A DNA stretch of 64,000 bases from Steroidobacteraceae bacterium (GCA_036278795.1 DASUKK010000017.1:82627-146626); one strand, 5' to 3'. Shown: positions 20,995-29,898, counted from the stretch's first letter. The notes: a model not told the origin generated them from the sequence alone. Made by a program: numbers and translations.

Positions 20995-22512
20995 ATGCGG
21001 TATTCTGGCACATACGATCTGCTGATCGTCGGCGGCGGCATCAACGGTGTCGGCATCGCGCGGGATGCCGCCGGCCGAGACTTCTCGGTTCTGCTTTGCG
21101 AGCAGGACGACCTCGCCGCCCACACCTCATCCGCCAGCACCAAGCTCATCCACGGCGGCCTGCGGTACCTCGAGCACATGCAGTTCTCGCTCGTGCGCAA
21201 GGCGCTCATCGAGCGCGAGATCCTGCTCGCCTCCGCCCCGCATCTCATGCGTCCACTGCGCTTCGTCCTGCCGCACGATGCGCATTTGCGGCCGGCGTGG
21301 ATGATCGAGGCGGGGCTCTTCATCTACGATCACCTGGCTCGCCGGCGCCATCTGCCGGGTTCCGCTCGCATCGACCTGCGGCGTCACGTGGCGGGCGCGG
21401 TACTCAAGCCGCAATACACGCAGGGGTTCGTGTACTCGGACGGCTGGACCAATGACGCGCGCCTCGTGGTGTCGAACGCGATCGATGCGCGCGAGCGCGG
21501 CGCCGAGATACTGACACGCACTCGCTGTGAGAAGTTGGAGGCATCGCGCGGCCAATGGGCCGCCACACTCGCGACGCCTTCCGGGCCGCGCACGATCACG
21601 GCGCGAGCCGCGGTCAATGCGACAGGGCCCTGGGTGAGCCGGTTCGTGCGCGAAGCTTCGCCGGTGAGTGTCTGTCATTCGGTCCGGCTGGTGAAGGGCA
21701 GTCACATCGTTGTCCCGCGTGTCTTCGCGCACCGTTTCGCCTATCTCTTCCAGAACGACGATCATCGGATCGTGTTTGCAATTCCCTATGAGCACGACTT
21801 CACGCTCATCGGCACGACGGATGTCGAGTACACGGGTGATCCTGCCGCCGTGCGCATCGGCCCCGAAGAAGTGGCCTACCTCTGCGCCGCCGTCAGCCGC
21901 TACTTCGCGACACCCGTGCGTCCTGAAGAGGTTGTCTGGAGCTACAGCGGTGTGCGCCCCCTGTTGGATGATGAGGCCGCGGACCCGGCGAGCGTCACCC
22001 GCGACTACGCGCTCGAGCTCGACCGGCATCCGGCGCCGCTCCTCACGGTTTTCGGCGGCAAGATCACCACCTACCGCAAGCTCGCCGAGAGCGCGGTCGA
22101 CATGCTGGCGCGCGAGCTCGGCTCTTCCGCGCGAGCGTGGACAGCCCGCGCACTGCTTCCGGGGGGCGATTTGCCGGGAGGCGTTTACGCAAGGTTTCTG
22201 CGTAGCCTTGAGCGCAAGTACCCATGGCTCCCGGCAGAGTTGCGATACCGGTACGCCAACGCGTACGGGACCCGCATCGCTCGCATTCTCGAGGGGGCGC
22301 GCTCGCTGGCCGATCTGGGCGAGGAGCTGCTGCCCCAGCTCTACGAGCGGGAAGTCGCCTACCTCTGTCGCGTGGAGTTTGCGCGGACGGCGGAGGACAT
22401 TCTCTGGCGGCGGACGCGGCTGGGGCTGCGTGTTGGGACAGGCGGGGCGGCACGGCTCGAGGAGTGGCTGACGCAACGCGCAGCGCAGGCGTCGGCCGGC
22501 GTCGGACGCTGA
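20995..22512 (+). CDS. glpD: Aerobic glycerol-3-phosphate dehydrogenase (FAD-dependent)
   Basis: YDLLIVGGGINGVGIARDAAGR dinucleotide fold. About 505 aa from the ATG at 20995; the TTG at 20974 is the longest option. Confidence 0.9.
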   Translation: MRYSGTYDLLIVGGGINGVGIARDAAGRDFSVLLCEQDDLAAHTSSASTKLIHGGLRYLEHMQFSLVRKALIEREILLASAPHLMRPLRFVLPHDAHLRPAWMIEAGLFIYDHLARRRHLPGSARIDLRRHVAGAVLKPQYTQGFVYSDGWTNDARLVVSNAIDARERGAEILTRTRCEKLEASRGQWAATLATPSGPRTITARAAVNATGPWVSRFVREASPVSVCHSVRLVKGSHIVVPRVFAHRFAYLFQNDDHRIVFAIPYEHDFTLIGTTDVEYTGDPAAVRIGPEEVAYLCAAVSRYFATPVRPEEVVWSYSGVRPLLDDEAADPASVTRDYALELDRHPAPLLTVFGGKITTYRKLAESAVDMLARELGSSARAWTARALLPGGDLPGGVYARFLRSLERKYPWLPAELRYRYANAYGTRIARILEGARSLADLGEELLPQLYEREVAYLCRVEFARTAEDILWRRTRLGLRVGTGGAARLEEWLTQRAAQASAGVGR

Positions 22513-22579
22513 CCGCCGACCGCTGCACTGCTGCACCGCTGCACCGCGCAGTGCAGACGTCGGACGCTGACCGCCGACC
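22500..22579. repeat. 22-bp perfect direct repeat flanking a small hairpin at the glpD 3' end
   Basis: cgtcggacgctgaccgccgacc occurs at 22500-22521 (this copy includes the glpD TGA) and again at 22558-22579. The 36-nt spacer holds three gctgcac units and an inverted ctgcactg/cagtgcag pair. Confidence 0.85.
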
Positions 22580-22647
22580 CCTCTCACCGGAGCCTGCCGA
22601 GCGAACCTGCGCAGCCAGAAAAGCGGGCAGCGCATAATCGAGGCTCC

Positions 22648-24426
22648 ATGCGCCCGCCTGCCACCCTCAGCGCCCGCGGCTGGATCCTTGCGGTCCTCCT
22701 CGCTCTCGCGCCGATGTGGCTCATCGGCACACTCGACCGTGGCGCCTGGACGCCGGATGAGCCGCGCGAAGCCGACATCGCCTGGCGCATGAGCGTGCAG
22801 AGCCACTGGGTGCTGCCGCAGCTCGCAGGTCAACCCTTTCGCGAGAAGCCGCCTCTCTCGTACTGGATGTCAGCCGCTTCGATGCGCGTTTTCGGACCAT
22901 CCGTCCGCGCGGCACGCCTGCCCAACCTGCTCTATGCCGCGATCACGGCCCTCGCCATGGGCGCTCTCGGATTCGCGATGGACGGTGTCACCGCGGCGAT
23001 CGTCGCGGGGCTGGTGGCCGGCACGGCGCTCGCGGCATTCCGTGTCATGATGTGGCTGGCGCCCGACGCCTGCCTTCTGGCCGGCTGCGCCGTCTCCCTC
23101 CTGGGAGCGTATCTCGGCTACACAGCCGCGCCGGGACGCCGCAAGCTTTACGGCTATCTGCTGATGCACGCCGGCGCCGCAGTCGGCTTCATGGCGAAGA
23201 GTGCGCCGGGGTGGCTGGTGCCGGGCCTGGCGCTGCTCACGCTCGTCGCGTGGGAGCGGCGCTGGTCGGAGCTGCGCCGGCCGGAGCTCTATGCGGGCGT
23301 CCTCCTGCAGGCGGCCCTCATCGGTCCCTGGATTCTCGCCGTCGCGCATACGTCCGATGGCGCTGAATCGCTGCGCGTTTTCTTCTGGTACAACCTGGCC
23401 GGGCGCTTCACCCACGTTGCGGCCCCGGCCGCGTATCGCTACAGCGCCGGACATCCCAACTCACCGGCGAAATATTTCATCGAGCTTCCGGTTTACCTGC
23501 TGCCGTGGACCGCCCTCGCCGCCGCGGCGGTCTGGCATGCGCGCACGCGGCTGCGCCTGCCGGGCGCGATGGGCACCGCCTGGCGATTCGCGGTAGCTGC
23601 CGCACTGCCCTTCCTGCTGCTCCTCAGCCTTGCGGCAACGGCACGCGACATTTATGCGGCGCCAGCGTTGCTCGGAGTGAGCCTCCTCATCGCGCTTTAC
23701 TTGAGCGAAGTGCAGCGGCTCGACAGTCCGGCTCACCGCGATACGCTGCTCTGGACACGTGTCCTGGTCGCCACGATCGCATGTCTCTGTGCCACGGCGC
23801 TCGTGGTGCTCGGTATCGGCGCGGTGACATCGAACAGCGCGCGCCTCGGCGACCGTGCGCTCACCATCGGCAAATACTCTGTTGCACTTGTGATCACGCT
23901 CGCGCTGGCAGTGTATGGCCTGCGGCAAGCGGCGAACTGCCGCCACGGAGCGCAGGTACTGCGAGGCTTCCAGTGGGCGTATGCCGCATACGCCGCGGCC
24001 TTCTGTATCGCCTCACTCATCGCATTTCCCACGGTGGACCGCTGGCAGCACCTTCCCCGGCTGGCCGCGCAGATTCATTCTGACACCGAGCACGCCAGCC
24101 TCGCTCTCCTGAATCCGGACGAGACGACGGTGGCCATGCTCGATCGCCGCCTGCGCACCCCATTCGCCGTCCTGACAGCGGGTGCAACCTCTCCACAGAA
24201 CGCGGTAAGCCACTGGTTTGCCGTGCACGGCGCTCGCGCACGCGTGCTCGTGCTACTGCCCGGGCATGCGCCGGGCGAGCTCACGCCGTTATTGCAGCGC
24301 GTGCATCTCGGACGGACTGCGGGTGATGGCGTAGTCGGCGAGCTTCAGGCGGAGGGGACCGCACGCATCGTCCGCCGCTATCAGCTGCCGCACGGGCGAC
24401 GCTACGCGCTGCTCGCCCCCGAATAG
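22648..24426 (+). CDS. GT39/ArnT-like membrane glycosyltransferase
   Basis: 592 aa and polytopic. N-terminal loop DEPREADIAWRM...GQPFREKPPLSYW, typical of the ArnT/PMT (GT-C) family. Confidence 0.7.
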   Translation: MRPPATLSARGWILAVLLALAPMWLIGTLDRGAWTPDEPREADIAWRMSVQSHWVLPQLAGQPFREKPPLSYWMSAASMRVFGPSVRAARLPNLLYAAITALAMGALGFAMDGVTAAIVAGLVAGTALAAFRVMMWLAPDACLLAGCAVSLLGAYLGYTAAPGRRKLYGYLLMHAGAAVGFMAKSAPGWLVPGLALLTLVAWERRWSELRRPELYAGVLLQAALIGPWILAVAHTSDGAESLRVFFWYNLAGRFTHVAAPAAYRYSAGHPNSPAKYFIELPVYLLPWTALAAAAVWHARTRLRLPGAMGTAWRFAVAAALPFLLLLSLAATARDIYAAPALLGVSLLIALYLSEVQRLDSPAHRDTLLWTRVLVATIACLCATALVVLGIGAVTSNSARLGDRALTIGKYSVALVITLALAVYGLRQAANCRHGAQVLRGFQWAYAAYAAAFCIASLIAFPTVDRWQHLPRLAAQIHSDTEHASLALLNPDETTVAMLDRRLRTPFAVLTAGATSPQNAVSHWFAVHGARARVLVLLPGHAPGELTPLLQRVHLGRTAGDGVVGELQAEGTARIVRRYQLPHGRRYALLAPE

Positions 24427-24453
24427 GCAGAGTGTTACCTATGTCTTCGGAAT

Positions 24454-24530
24454 TGGCGCGCCCGGAGGGATTCGAACCCCCGACCACCTGGTTCGAAGCC
24501 AGGTACTCTATCCAACTGAGCTACGGGCGC
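24454..24530 (-). tRNA. tRNA-Arg (anticodon UCG), CCA encoded
   Basis: The reverse complement GCGCCCGTAGCTCAGTTGGATAGAGTACCTGGCTTCGAACCAGGTGGTCGGGGGTTCGAATCCCTCCGGGCGCGCCA folds by hand into a cloverleaf. Acceptor is 7 bp, anticodon stem CCTGG/CCAGG, loop CTTCGAA, and T-arm GGGGG-TTCGAAT-CCCTC. Confidence 0.9.
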
Positions 24531-24564
24531 GCGGCTGGTACGGCATTCTATTGCATTCGGTCTT

Positions 24565-24708
24565 GCCCGGAGGGATTGCTCGGCCCATCCTGGGCCTCGG
24601 CCCTGCGGGCCCGCGCTGCGCGCGTCCAAAATCGCTCCCGGCGATTTTGTCGAACCCCCGACCACCTGGTTCGAAGCCAGGTACTCTATCCAACTGAGCT
24701 ACGGGCGC
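24565..24708 (-). pseudogene. Disrupted second tRNA-Arg(UCG) copy with a 72-nt insert in the T-loop and a damaged 3' acceptor
   Basis: 24650-24708 is identical to tRNA positions 1-59. 24578-24649 is an unrelated insert. 24565-24577 matches positions 59-71. Similarity is then lost (CGGGCAA instead of CGGGCGC, and no CCA). Confidence 0.75.
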
Positions 24709-26093
24709 GGCGCGGGTATTTTATCAGGCTGCCCTGCCGACTGCGGCTTCACCCCCAGGAAATAGCCGACCGCCAGCAGCCCGAACCATACCGGTGCGAC
24801 GTAGAGCGCCACCCGGGTGTCCGCTTGCAGCGAGAGCATGGCGGTGACGAAGAGCAGGAAGGCCACTACCAGCCAGTTCACCACCGGCGCTCCCGCCATG
24901 CGGAAGGTCGCGGCCGCCACCTGCCCCTCACGGACCGCGCGCCGGTATCCCAGGTGCGAAATCATGATGATGCCCCAAGTCCAGAGCGTCCCGATCAGCG
25001 AGACGCTCGTCACCCAGATGAACACGTGCTTCGGGACCACATAGTTCAGGAACACGCCGAACAGCATGATTGCCGCCGAGACGTGGATGCCCGCTGCCGG
25101 CACGTTCCTGCCGCTCACGGAAGCGAAGGCGCGCGGGGCTTGGCCGCGGCACGCCAGGGAATAGAGCATGCGGCCGGTGCTGTAGATGCCGCTGTTACAT
25201 GACGAGGATGCGGCGGTGATGACCACGATGTTGATGATGCTCGCCGCTGCTGGAATGCCCAGCTTCTCGAATACGAAGACGAACGGGCTCGTGTCGGGGC
25301 TGAGCTGATTCCAGGGAACGAGCGCCATGATGACGACGAGCGCTCCGATGTAGAAAAGTAGGATGCGAAAAATGATGCCGTTGGTGGCCCGCGGCAGTAC
25401 CACGGCCGGATTCTCCGCCTCGCCCGCCGTGACCCCGATCAGCTCCACGCCCGAGTAGGCGAAGGTCACGATCTGCAGGGTCAGCAGCACGCCCAGCATG
25501 CCGAACGGCAGGAAGCCGCCATGAGTCCACAGGTTCGAGAAGCTGGCCTGCGAGCCGAAGCTGCCGAAGTGGAAGAAGATGACGCCGAGACCGCCCAGGA
25601 TGAGGGCGAGGATGGTCACGATCTTGATGAGGGCAAACCAGAACTCGAGCTCGCCGAACATGCGCACGGCGAGCAGGTTGGCGCCGTAGAGCGCAATGAG
25701 TGCTATGAGCGGCGGCAGCCATTGCGGCACCCAGGGCAGCCAGAAGCGCACGTAAATGCCGATGGCGGTGATCTCCGCCATCACCGTCGCGATCCACATG
25801 AACCAGTAGGACCAGCCGGTGACGAAACCGGCGAAGGGTCCGCAGAACTCGTCGGCATAAGTGGCGAACGAGCCCGCGACCGGCCGGTAAGTCAGCAGCT
25901 CCCCCAGCGCGCGCATGATGAAGAAGATCGCGATGCCGCCGACCACGTAAGTCAGCAGAAGCCCGGGACCGGCGTTGTGGATGGCCTGCGCGGAGCCCAG
26001 GAACAGTCCTACGCCGATCGTGCCGCCCAGGGCGATGAGCTGAATGTGGCGGCTGCGCAGGTTGCGCGACAGGTGCGACTCGGATTGCGACAC
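24699..26093 (-). CDS. Amino-acid permease (APC superfamily, AroP/CycA-like)
   Basis: 464 aa with about 12 TM segments. The N-terminus LSRNLRSRHIQLIALGGTIGVGLFLGS is typical of the AAT family. Its last codons and TAG stop lie inside the 5' end of the tRNA pseudogene. Confidence 0.85.
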   Translation of the reverse strand: MSQSESHLSRNLRSRHIQLIALGGTIGVGLFLGSAQAIHNAGPGLLLTYVVGGIAIFFIMRALGELLTYRPVAGSFATYADEFCGPFAGFVTGWSYWFMWIATVMAEITAIGIYVRFWLPWVPQWLPPLIALIALYGANLLAVRMFGELEFWFALIKIVTILALILGGLGVIFFHFGSFGSQASFSNLWTHGGFLPFGMLGVLLTLQIVTFAYSGVELIGVTAGEAENPAVVLPRATNGIIFRILLFYIGALVVIMALVPWNQLSPDTSPFVFVFEKLGIPAAASIINIVVITAASSSCNSGIYSTGRMLYSLACRGQAPRAFASVSGRNVPAAGIHVSAAIMLFGVFLNYVVPKHVFIWVTSVSLIGTLWTWGIIMISHLGYRRAVREGQVAAATFRMAGAPVVNWLVVAFLLFVTAMLSLQADTRVALYVAPVWFGLLAVGYFLGVKPQSAGQPDKIPAPRP

Positions 26094-26103
26094 GAAAGAC
26101 CCC

Positions 26104-27534
26104 TTATCGTTTCGCGCGGGCGGCCGCGCCGGCTGGATGCGATCTTACCCTGGAGACGACGATGACGCCGCCATACGGAGGCAAGGCAAGGGCGTCATCG
26201 GGCAAATCGACTCGCCACCGACGGCCACTCGCCATGTCCCGCGCACTCGCCCCTGCGAAAAGAGCGACAGCCGGCGTGCCGCGGAGCCGCGCGCGGACCG
26301 GGACGCGGCCGAAGTTGAGGGCGACCAGGGCCTGCGCATCGCCATCGGTACCCGGCCGCAGATAAGCCAGAACCTCCCGGTCGTGATCGGTGGCGAGCAG
26401 CCGCAGTCCCGGCGAGGTCAGCGCACCTATAGTGCGCCGTTCCAGCGACATTCGCGCGTAGAGCGCCGTGAGTCCGTGCGGATCCCGCCACTTGATGGGT
26501 GGTCCTTCATCGTACGGCTGGAAGGCTGCCCCGACCTCATCGCCATCGTAGATCAGCGGAATGCCGGGCAGCGTGAACAACAGCTCGATCGCCGCGCGGG
26601 TCGTACCGATGCCGTAGCGGGTGATGAAGCGCTCCCCCGTATCGTTGTTGTCGAGAAATCGCAGCATCAGCGTGTGCTCAGGATAGCCCTTGCCGCCGTT
26701 GGTCAATGCGGCGCGCAGCCGCGCGAGGTCCGGCACACCGCCGGTCGGGGCGAACACACCGTCCCAGGCCCACTGCCCCAGTCGCGAGGTCCAATCGTAC
26801 GCGGCGTCGAATCCGTGAGTGACGTAGTAAGCATCTCGGCCGGAGGCTTCCGCGATCAGGACGACGTCGGGATCGATGCGCTCGGCCCGCGCGCGCAGCG
26901 TCGGCCAGAACCGCGGATTGCGCTGACGCACGGCCCAGGCCGCATCCAGACGGAAGCCATCGACGTGATATTCGCGCAGCCAATACGAGAAGGCATCCAA
27001 CATGTAGCCGAGCACCGCCGGATTGCCATAGTCGAGATTCTCGAGATTCGTCCAATCGAAGTAGTGCACCGGCCGTCCCGAGCCGTCGCGCTGAAACCAG
27101 GCGTAGTACGGCGATTTCCGGCCGCGGCGCTGCGCATCGCGGTAGTAGGGAGACTGATCCGAGAGATGATTGGCGGCCATGTCCAGCAGCACCCGCAGAC
27201 CGTGCGCGTGCGCGGCGTGAATGAGCGATCGCAGCTGCGCCGCCGACCCGAACCTCGTGCGCAAACGGAAATCATCGGTCACCGCATAGCCGAAATCGCC
27301 GGGCGAGGACGCGGTCACCGGAGAAAGGAGGATCGCGTTGGCGCCCAGCGCGGCAATGGCCGGCAAGCGAGCCTGAATGGCTGCGAAGCCGTTGCGGCCG
27401 CCGGGGGCGAAGAAAAACGGTGCCGCGTCATAGAGGATCATGTCGGCCGGACGCTCGCCGACGCCCATGGCGCTGCCGGCTTGGACCATGCACGCCAGCG
27501 CGAGCACGGCGCTCCAGAGCCATCCGCGCCTCAT
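26104..27534 (-). CDS. Secreted alpha-amylase-family glycoside hydrolase (GH13)
   Basis: Signal peptide MRRGWLWSAVLALACMVQAGSA. GH13 regions LDMAANH, GFRLDAA and DNND are present. Confidence 0.8.
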   Translation of the reverse strand: MRRGWLWSAVLALACMVQAGSAMGVGERPADMILYDAAPFFFAPGGRNGFAAIQARLPAIAALGANAILLSPVTASSPGDFGYAVTDDFRLRTRFGSAAQLRSLIHAAHAHGLRVLLDMAANHLSDQSPYYRDAQRRGRKSPYYAWFQRDGSGRPVHYFDWTNLENLDYGNPAVLGYMLDAFSYWLREYHVDGFRLDAAWAVRQRNPRFWPTLRARAERIDPDVVLIAEASGRDAYYVTHGFDAAYDWTSRLGQWAWDGVFAPTGGVPDLARLRAALTNGGKGYPEHTLMLRFLDNNDTGERFITRYGIGTTRAAIELLFTLPGIPLIYDGDEVGAAFQPYDEGPPIKWRDPHGLTALYARMSLERRTIGALTSPGLRLLATDHDREVLAYLRPGTDGDAQALVALNFGRVPVRARLRGTPAVALFAGASARDMASGRRWRVDLPDDALALPPYGGVIVVSRVRSHPAGAAARAKR

Positions 27535-27664
27535 GCCGCGCCCATGCTACTCTGCGGCTCCAGAGCCCAGGCTCGGGCAAAGTCAGGTCCCGCACTTCCG
27601 GATGGGATCGGTTTCTTCATCAGGTGATATATCCGTGGCTTCCAAGCGCGCTACCCGCCTCGGC

Positions 27665-28276
27665 ATGCCGATAGAGAGAACCCGCTGCGGCTGGGTTCCG
27701 GCCGACGATGAGGAGTATGCCCGCTACCACGACGAGGAATGGGGACGGCCGGTGCAGGATGACCGCCATCTCTTCGAGATGCTCACGCTGGAGGGCGCGC
27801 AGGCTGGACTGTCGTGGTCCACCATTTTGCGCAAACGGGCCGCCTATCGAAAGGCATTCGCGAATTTCGATCCCGCCAAGGTGGCGCGCTTCGATGCGCG
27901 CCGCCGGGCCGCGCTGCTGCAGGATTCTGGAATCGTCCGTAACCGGCTCAAGATCGAGTCCACGGTGAGCAACGCCCGGGCTTTCCTTGCCCTACAGAGG
28001 GAATTCGGGTCTTTCAGCCGCTACCTCTGGGACTGGGTGGGCGGCCGGCCCGTGCTGAACGGCTGGCAGACGCGCGGTCAGGTGCCGGCCAGCACCGAGC
28101 TGAGTGACCGGATCTCCCGGGATCTCAAGAAGCGGGGATTCCGCTTCGTCGGCTCGACGATCATTTACGCGTACCTGCAGGCCGTGGGCGTGGTCAACGA
28201 CCACACCGCCGGCTGCTACCTGTATCAGTCCCGCCCCGCGGCGGCACGGGTGGCCCGCAAAGCGTCGCGCTCTTAA
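27665..28276 (+). CDS. tag: DNA-3-methyladenine glycosylase I
   Basis: RCGWV..DDEEYARYHDEEWGRPV.DDRHLFEMLTLEGAQAGLSWSTIL aligns with the N-terminus of E. coli Tag as I recall it. The ATG at 27665 gives 203 aa. Confidence 0.9.
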   Translation: MPIERTRCGWVPADDEEYARYHDEEWGRPVQDDRHLFEMLTLEGAQAGLSWSTILRKRAAYRKAFANFDPAKVARFDARRRAALLQDSGIVRNRLKIESTVSNARAFLALQREFGSFSRYLWDWVGGRPVLNGWQTRGQVPASTELSDRISRDLKKRGFRFVGSTIIYAYLQAVGVVNDHTAGCYLYQSRPAAARVARKASRS

Positions 28277-28309
28277 GATAGTCGCTCTTTCAATCCAGGG
28301 GATCCTTTC

Positions 28310-28684
28310 ATGAAGTCCTTCCTAACGGCGGTCGCCATTGCCGCGACTGCCCTCGCGCCCGCGGCCTATGCCGATTGCAGCTATCCGCGCGCGCCCACCC
28401 ACCTCCCGGACGGCAATACGGCGACTCTCGCCGAGATGCTTGCCGCGCAGAAGGTCGTGAAGAACTACAACGAGGAGATGACTGCCTATCTCTCGTGCAT
28501 CAAGCTCGAGCGCGACAGCCGCGTGGCGCAGGCCGGCGATAAGCTGACCAAGCAGCAGAAGCAGGCGCTCGAAGCCATCGAGGCCCAGAAGAACAACGCC
28601 GCCGTCGACCAGTTGCACTCCGTGGCCGACCAGTTCAACGCGCAAGTGAAGATCTTCAAGGCCAAGGACAAGAAGTCCGACTGA
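28310..28684 (+). CDS. Small secreted protein of unknown function
   Basis: 124 aa. Signal peptide MKSFLTAVAIAATALAPAAYA, two Cys residues, and a Lys/Gln-rich helical C-terminus. Its stop lies 2 nt before the moeA start. Confidence 0.5.
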   Translation: MKSFLTAVAIAATALAPAAYADCSYPRAPTHLPDGNTATLAEMLAAQKVVKNYNEEMTAYLSCIKLERDSRVAQAGDKLTKQQKQALEAIEAQKNNAAVDQLHSVADQFNAQVKIFKAKDKKSD

Positions 28685-28686
28685 CC

Positions 28687-29886
28687 GTGCTCACTCCCTC
28701 TCAGGCGGATGAGCTCATCGCGCAGCATCTGACGTGTCTGCCGATCGAGTCGCTGCCTCTGGCGCAATGCGCCGGAGCGGTGCTGCGCGAGAACATCTAC
28801 GCCGAGCGGGATCAGCCGCCTTTCGACCGCGTGACCATGGACGGCATCGCGCTCGACAGCCGGGGCGTGCGCGACGGTGTGCGCCGCCTGCGCATCCAGG
28901 CGATGCAGGCCGCCGGCGACCCGCCGCTCACACTGGCTGGACGAGACCGCTGCATAGAGGTCATGACCGGGGCGGTGCTGCCTGCGGGGTGCGATGCCGT
29001 CGTACCGGTGGAGCGGATCACGGTGACCGGCGGGGAAGCGGAGCTCGCCGCCGATGTCACGGTGCAACCGGACCTGAACGTGCACAAACGCGGCACGGAT
29101 ACCCGCCAAGGCAATCTGCTGCTCGCCACGGGCACGCGGCTCGGCCCGCCGGAGATCGCCATCGCGGCGGGCGCCGGGATGCCGCGTGTCCGGGTGAGCA
29201 GCCAGCCGATGCTGGTGGTCATCTCGACGGGAAACGAGCTCGTCGAGCCCGGCGAGCCCATCCTCCCGCACCAGATTCGGCGCTCCAATGCCTACGCGAT
29301 TGTCGCCGCCCTGCGTTTGCATGGCCTGCAGCGAGTGGCGGACGACCACATCGAGGACGACGCGACCGAGCTGAGGCGCCGGCTCAAATTTCACCTGGAG
29401 ACCCACGACGTGCTCGTGCTGAGCGGCGGCGTCTCGATGGGTAAGCTCGACCTCGTACCGCGGGTGCTGGAAGAGCTCGGCGTACGCTGCGTGTTCCACA
29501 AGGTGGCCCAGCGGCCGGGGAAGCCCCTCTGGTTCGGCATCGCGAGCTCGGGCGCCGCGGTCCTGGCGCTGCCCGGCAACCCCGTATCGACGGCGGTATG
29601 CGTCTCCCGCTACGTACTGCCGGCTCTCGCCGCGAGCCAAGGCCAGACCCTGCCCGCGCCGGACCGCATGGCACTCGGGGCTCCGGTCACGGTCGATCCC
29701 CCCCTCACCCTCTTCCTGCCCGTCCATATCCAGATCGATGACTGGGGGCGAAGCTGGGCCATGCCGGCGCCTACGAACGGCTCGGGTGATTTCACGGCTC
29801 TGGCCGGCACCGATGGCTTCGTGGAGCTGCCTCCCGGCCCCAATACCTATCCGAAGGGGTTCGTGACCCGCATATACCGGTGGTAG
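28687..29886 (+). CDS. moeA: Molybdopterin molybdenumtransferase MoeA
   Basis: 399 aa with a GTG start. Motifs PFDRVTMDGIAL, GG.S.G..D and LPGNPVS are typical of MoeA. Confidence 0.85.
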   Translation: MLTPSQADELIAQHLTCLPIESLPLAQCAGAVLRENIYAERDQPPFDRVTMDGIALDSRGVRDGVRRLRIQAMQAAGDPPLTLAGRDRCIEVMTGAVLPAGCDAVVPVERITVTGGEAELAADVTVQPDLNVHKRGTDTRQGNLLLATGTRLGPPEIAIAAGAGMPRVRVSSQPMLVVISTGNELVEPGEPILPHQIRRSNAYAIVAALRLHGLQRVADDHIEDDATELRRRLKFHLETHDVLVLSGGVSMGKLDLVPRVLEELGVRCVFHKVAQRPGKPLWFGIASSGAAVLALPGNPVSTAVCVSRYVLPALAASQGQTLPAPDRMALGAPVTVDPPLTLFLPVHIQIDDWGRSWAMPAPTNGSGDFTALAGTDGFVELPPGPNTYPKGFVTRIYRW

Positions 29887-29898
29887 GCTGGTTGTCCG

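Noticed and set aside
24432-25202. 256-aa plus-strand ORF spanning the tRNA region and the antisense of the permease
   Set aside because: It covers a tRNA gene and the antisense of a clear 12-TM permease, and it has no motifs.
22648-27534. Possible tRNA-linked genomic island around the tRNA-Arg locus
   Set aside because: No integrase, transposase or phage genes lie on either side. The flanking genes (glycosyltransferase, permease, amylase) have the same GC-rich composition as the rest of the window. Only the small T-loop scar is reported.
26044-27627. 527-aa plus-strand ORF opposite the GH13 amylase gene, and the 28486-30069 minus-strand ORF opposite moeA
   Set aside because: These are antisense artefacts. 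The partner strands encode proteins with clear family motifs, and these translations have none.
28277-28309. Moco riboswitch upstream of the moa/moe operon
   Set aside because: The only spacer ahead of the operon is 33 nt, far too short for the roughly 130-nt Moco RNA motif. No other untranslated leader exists within the cluster.
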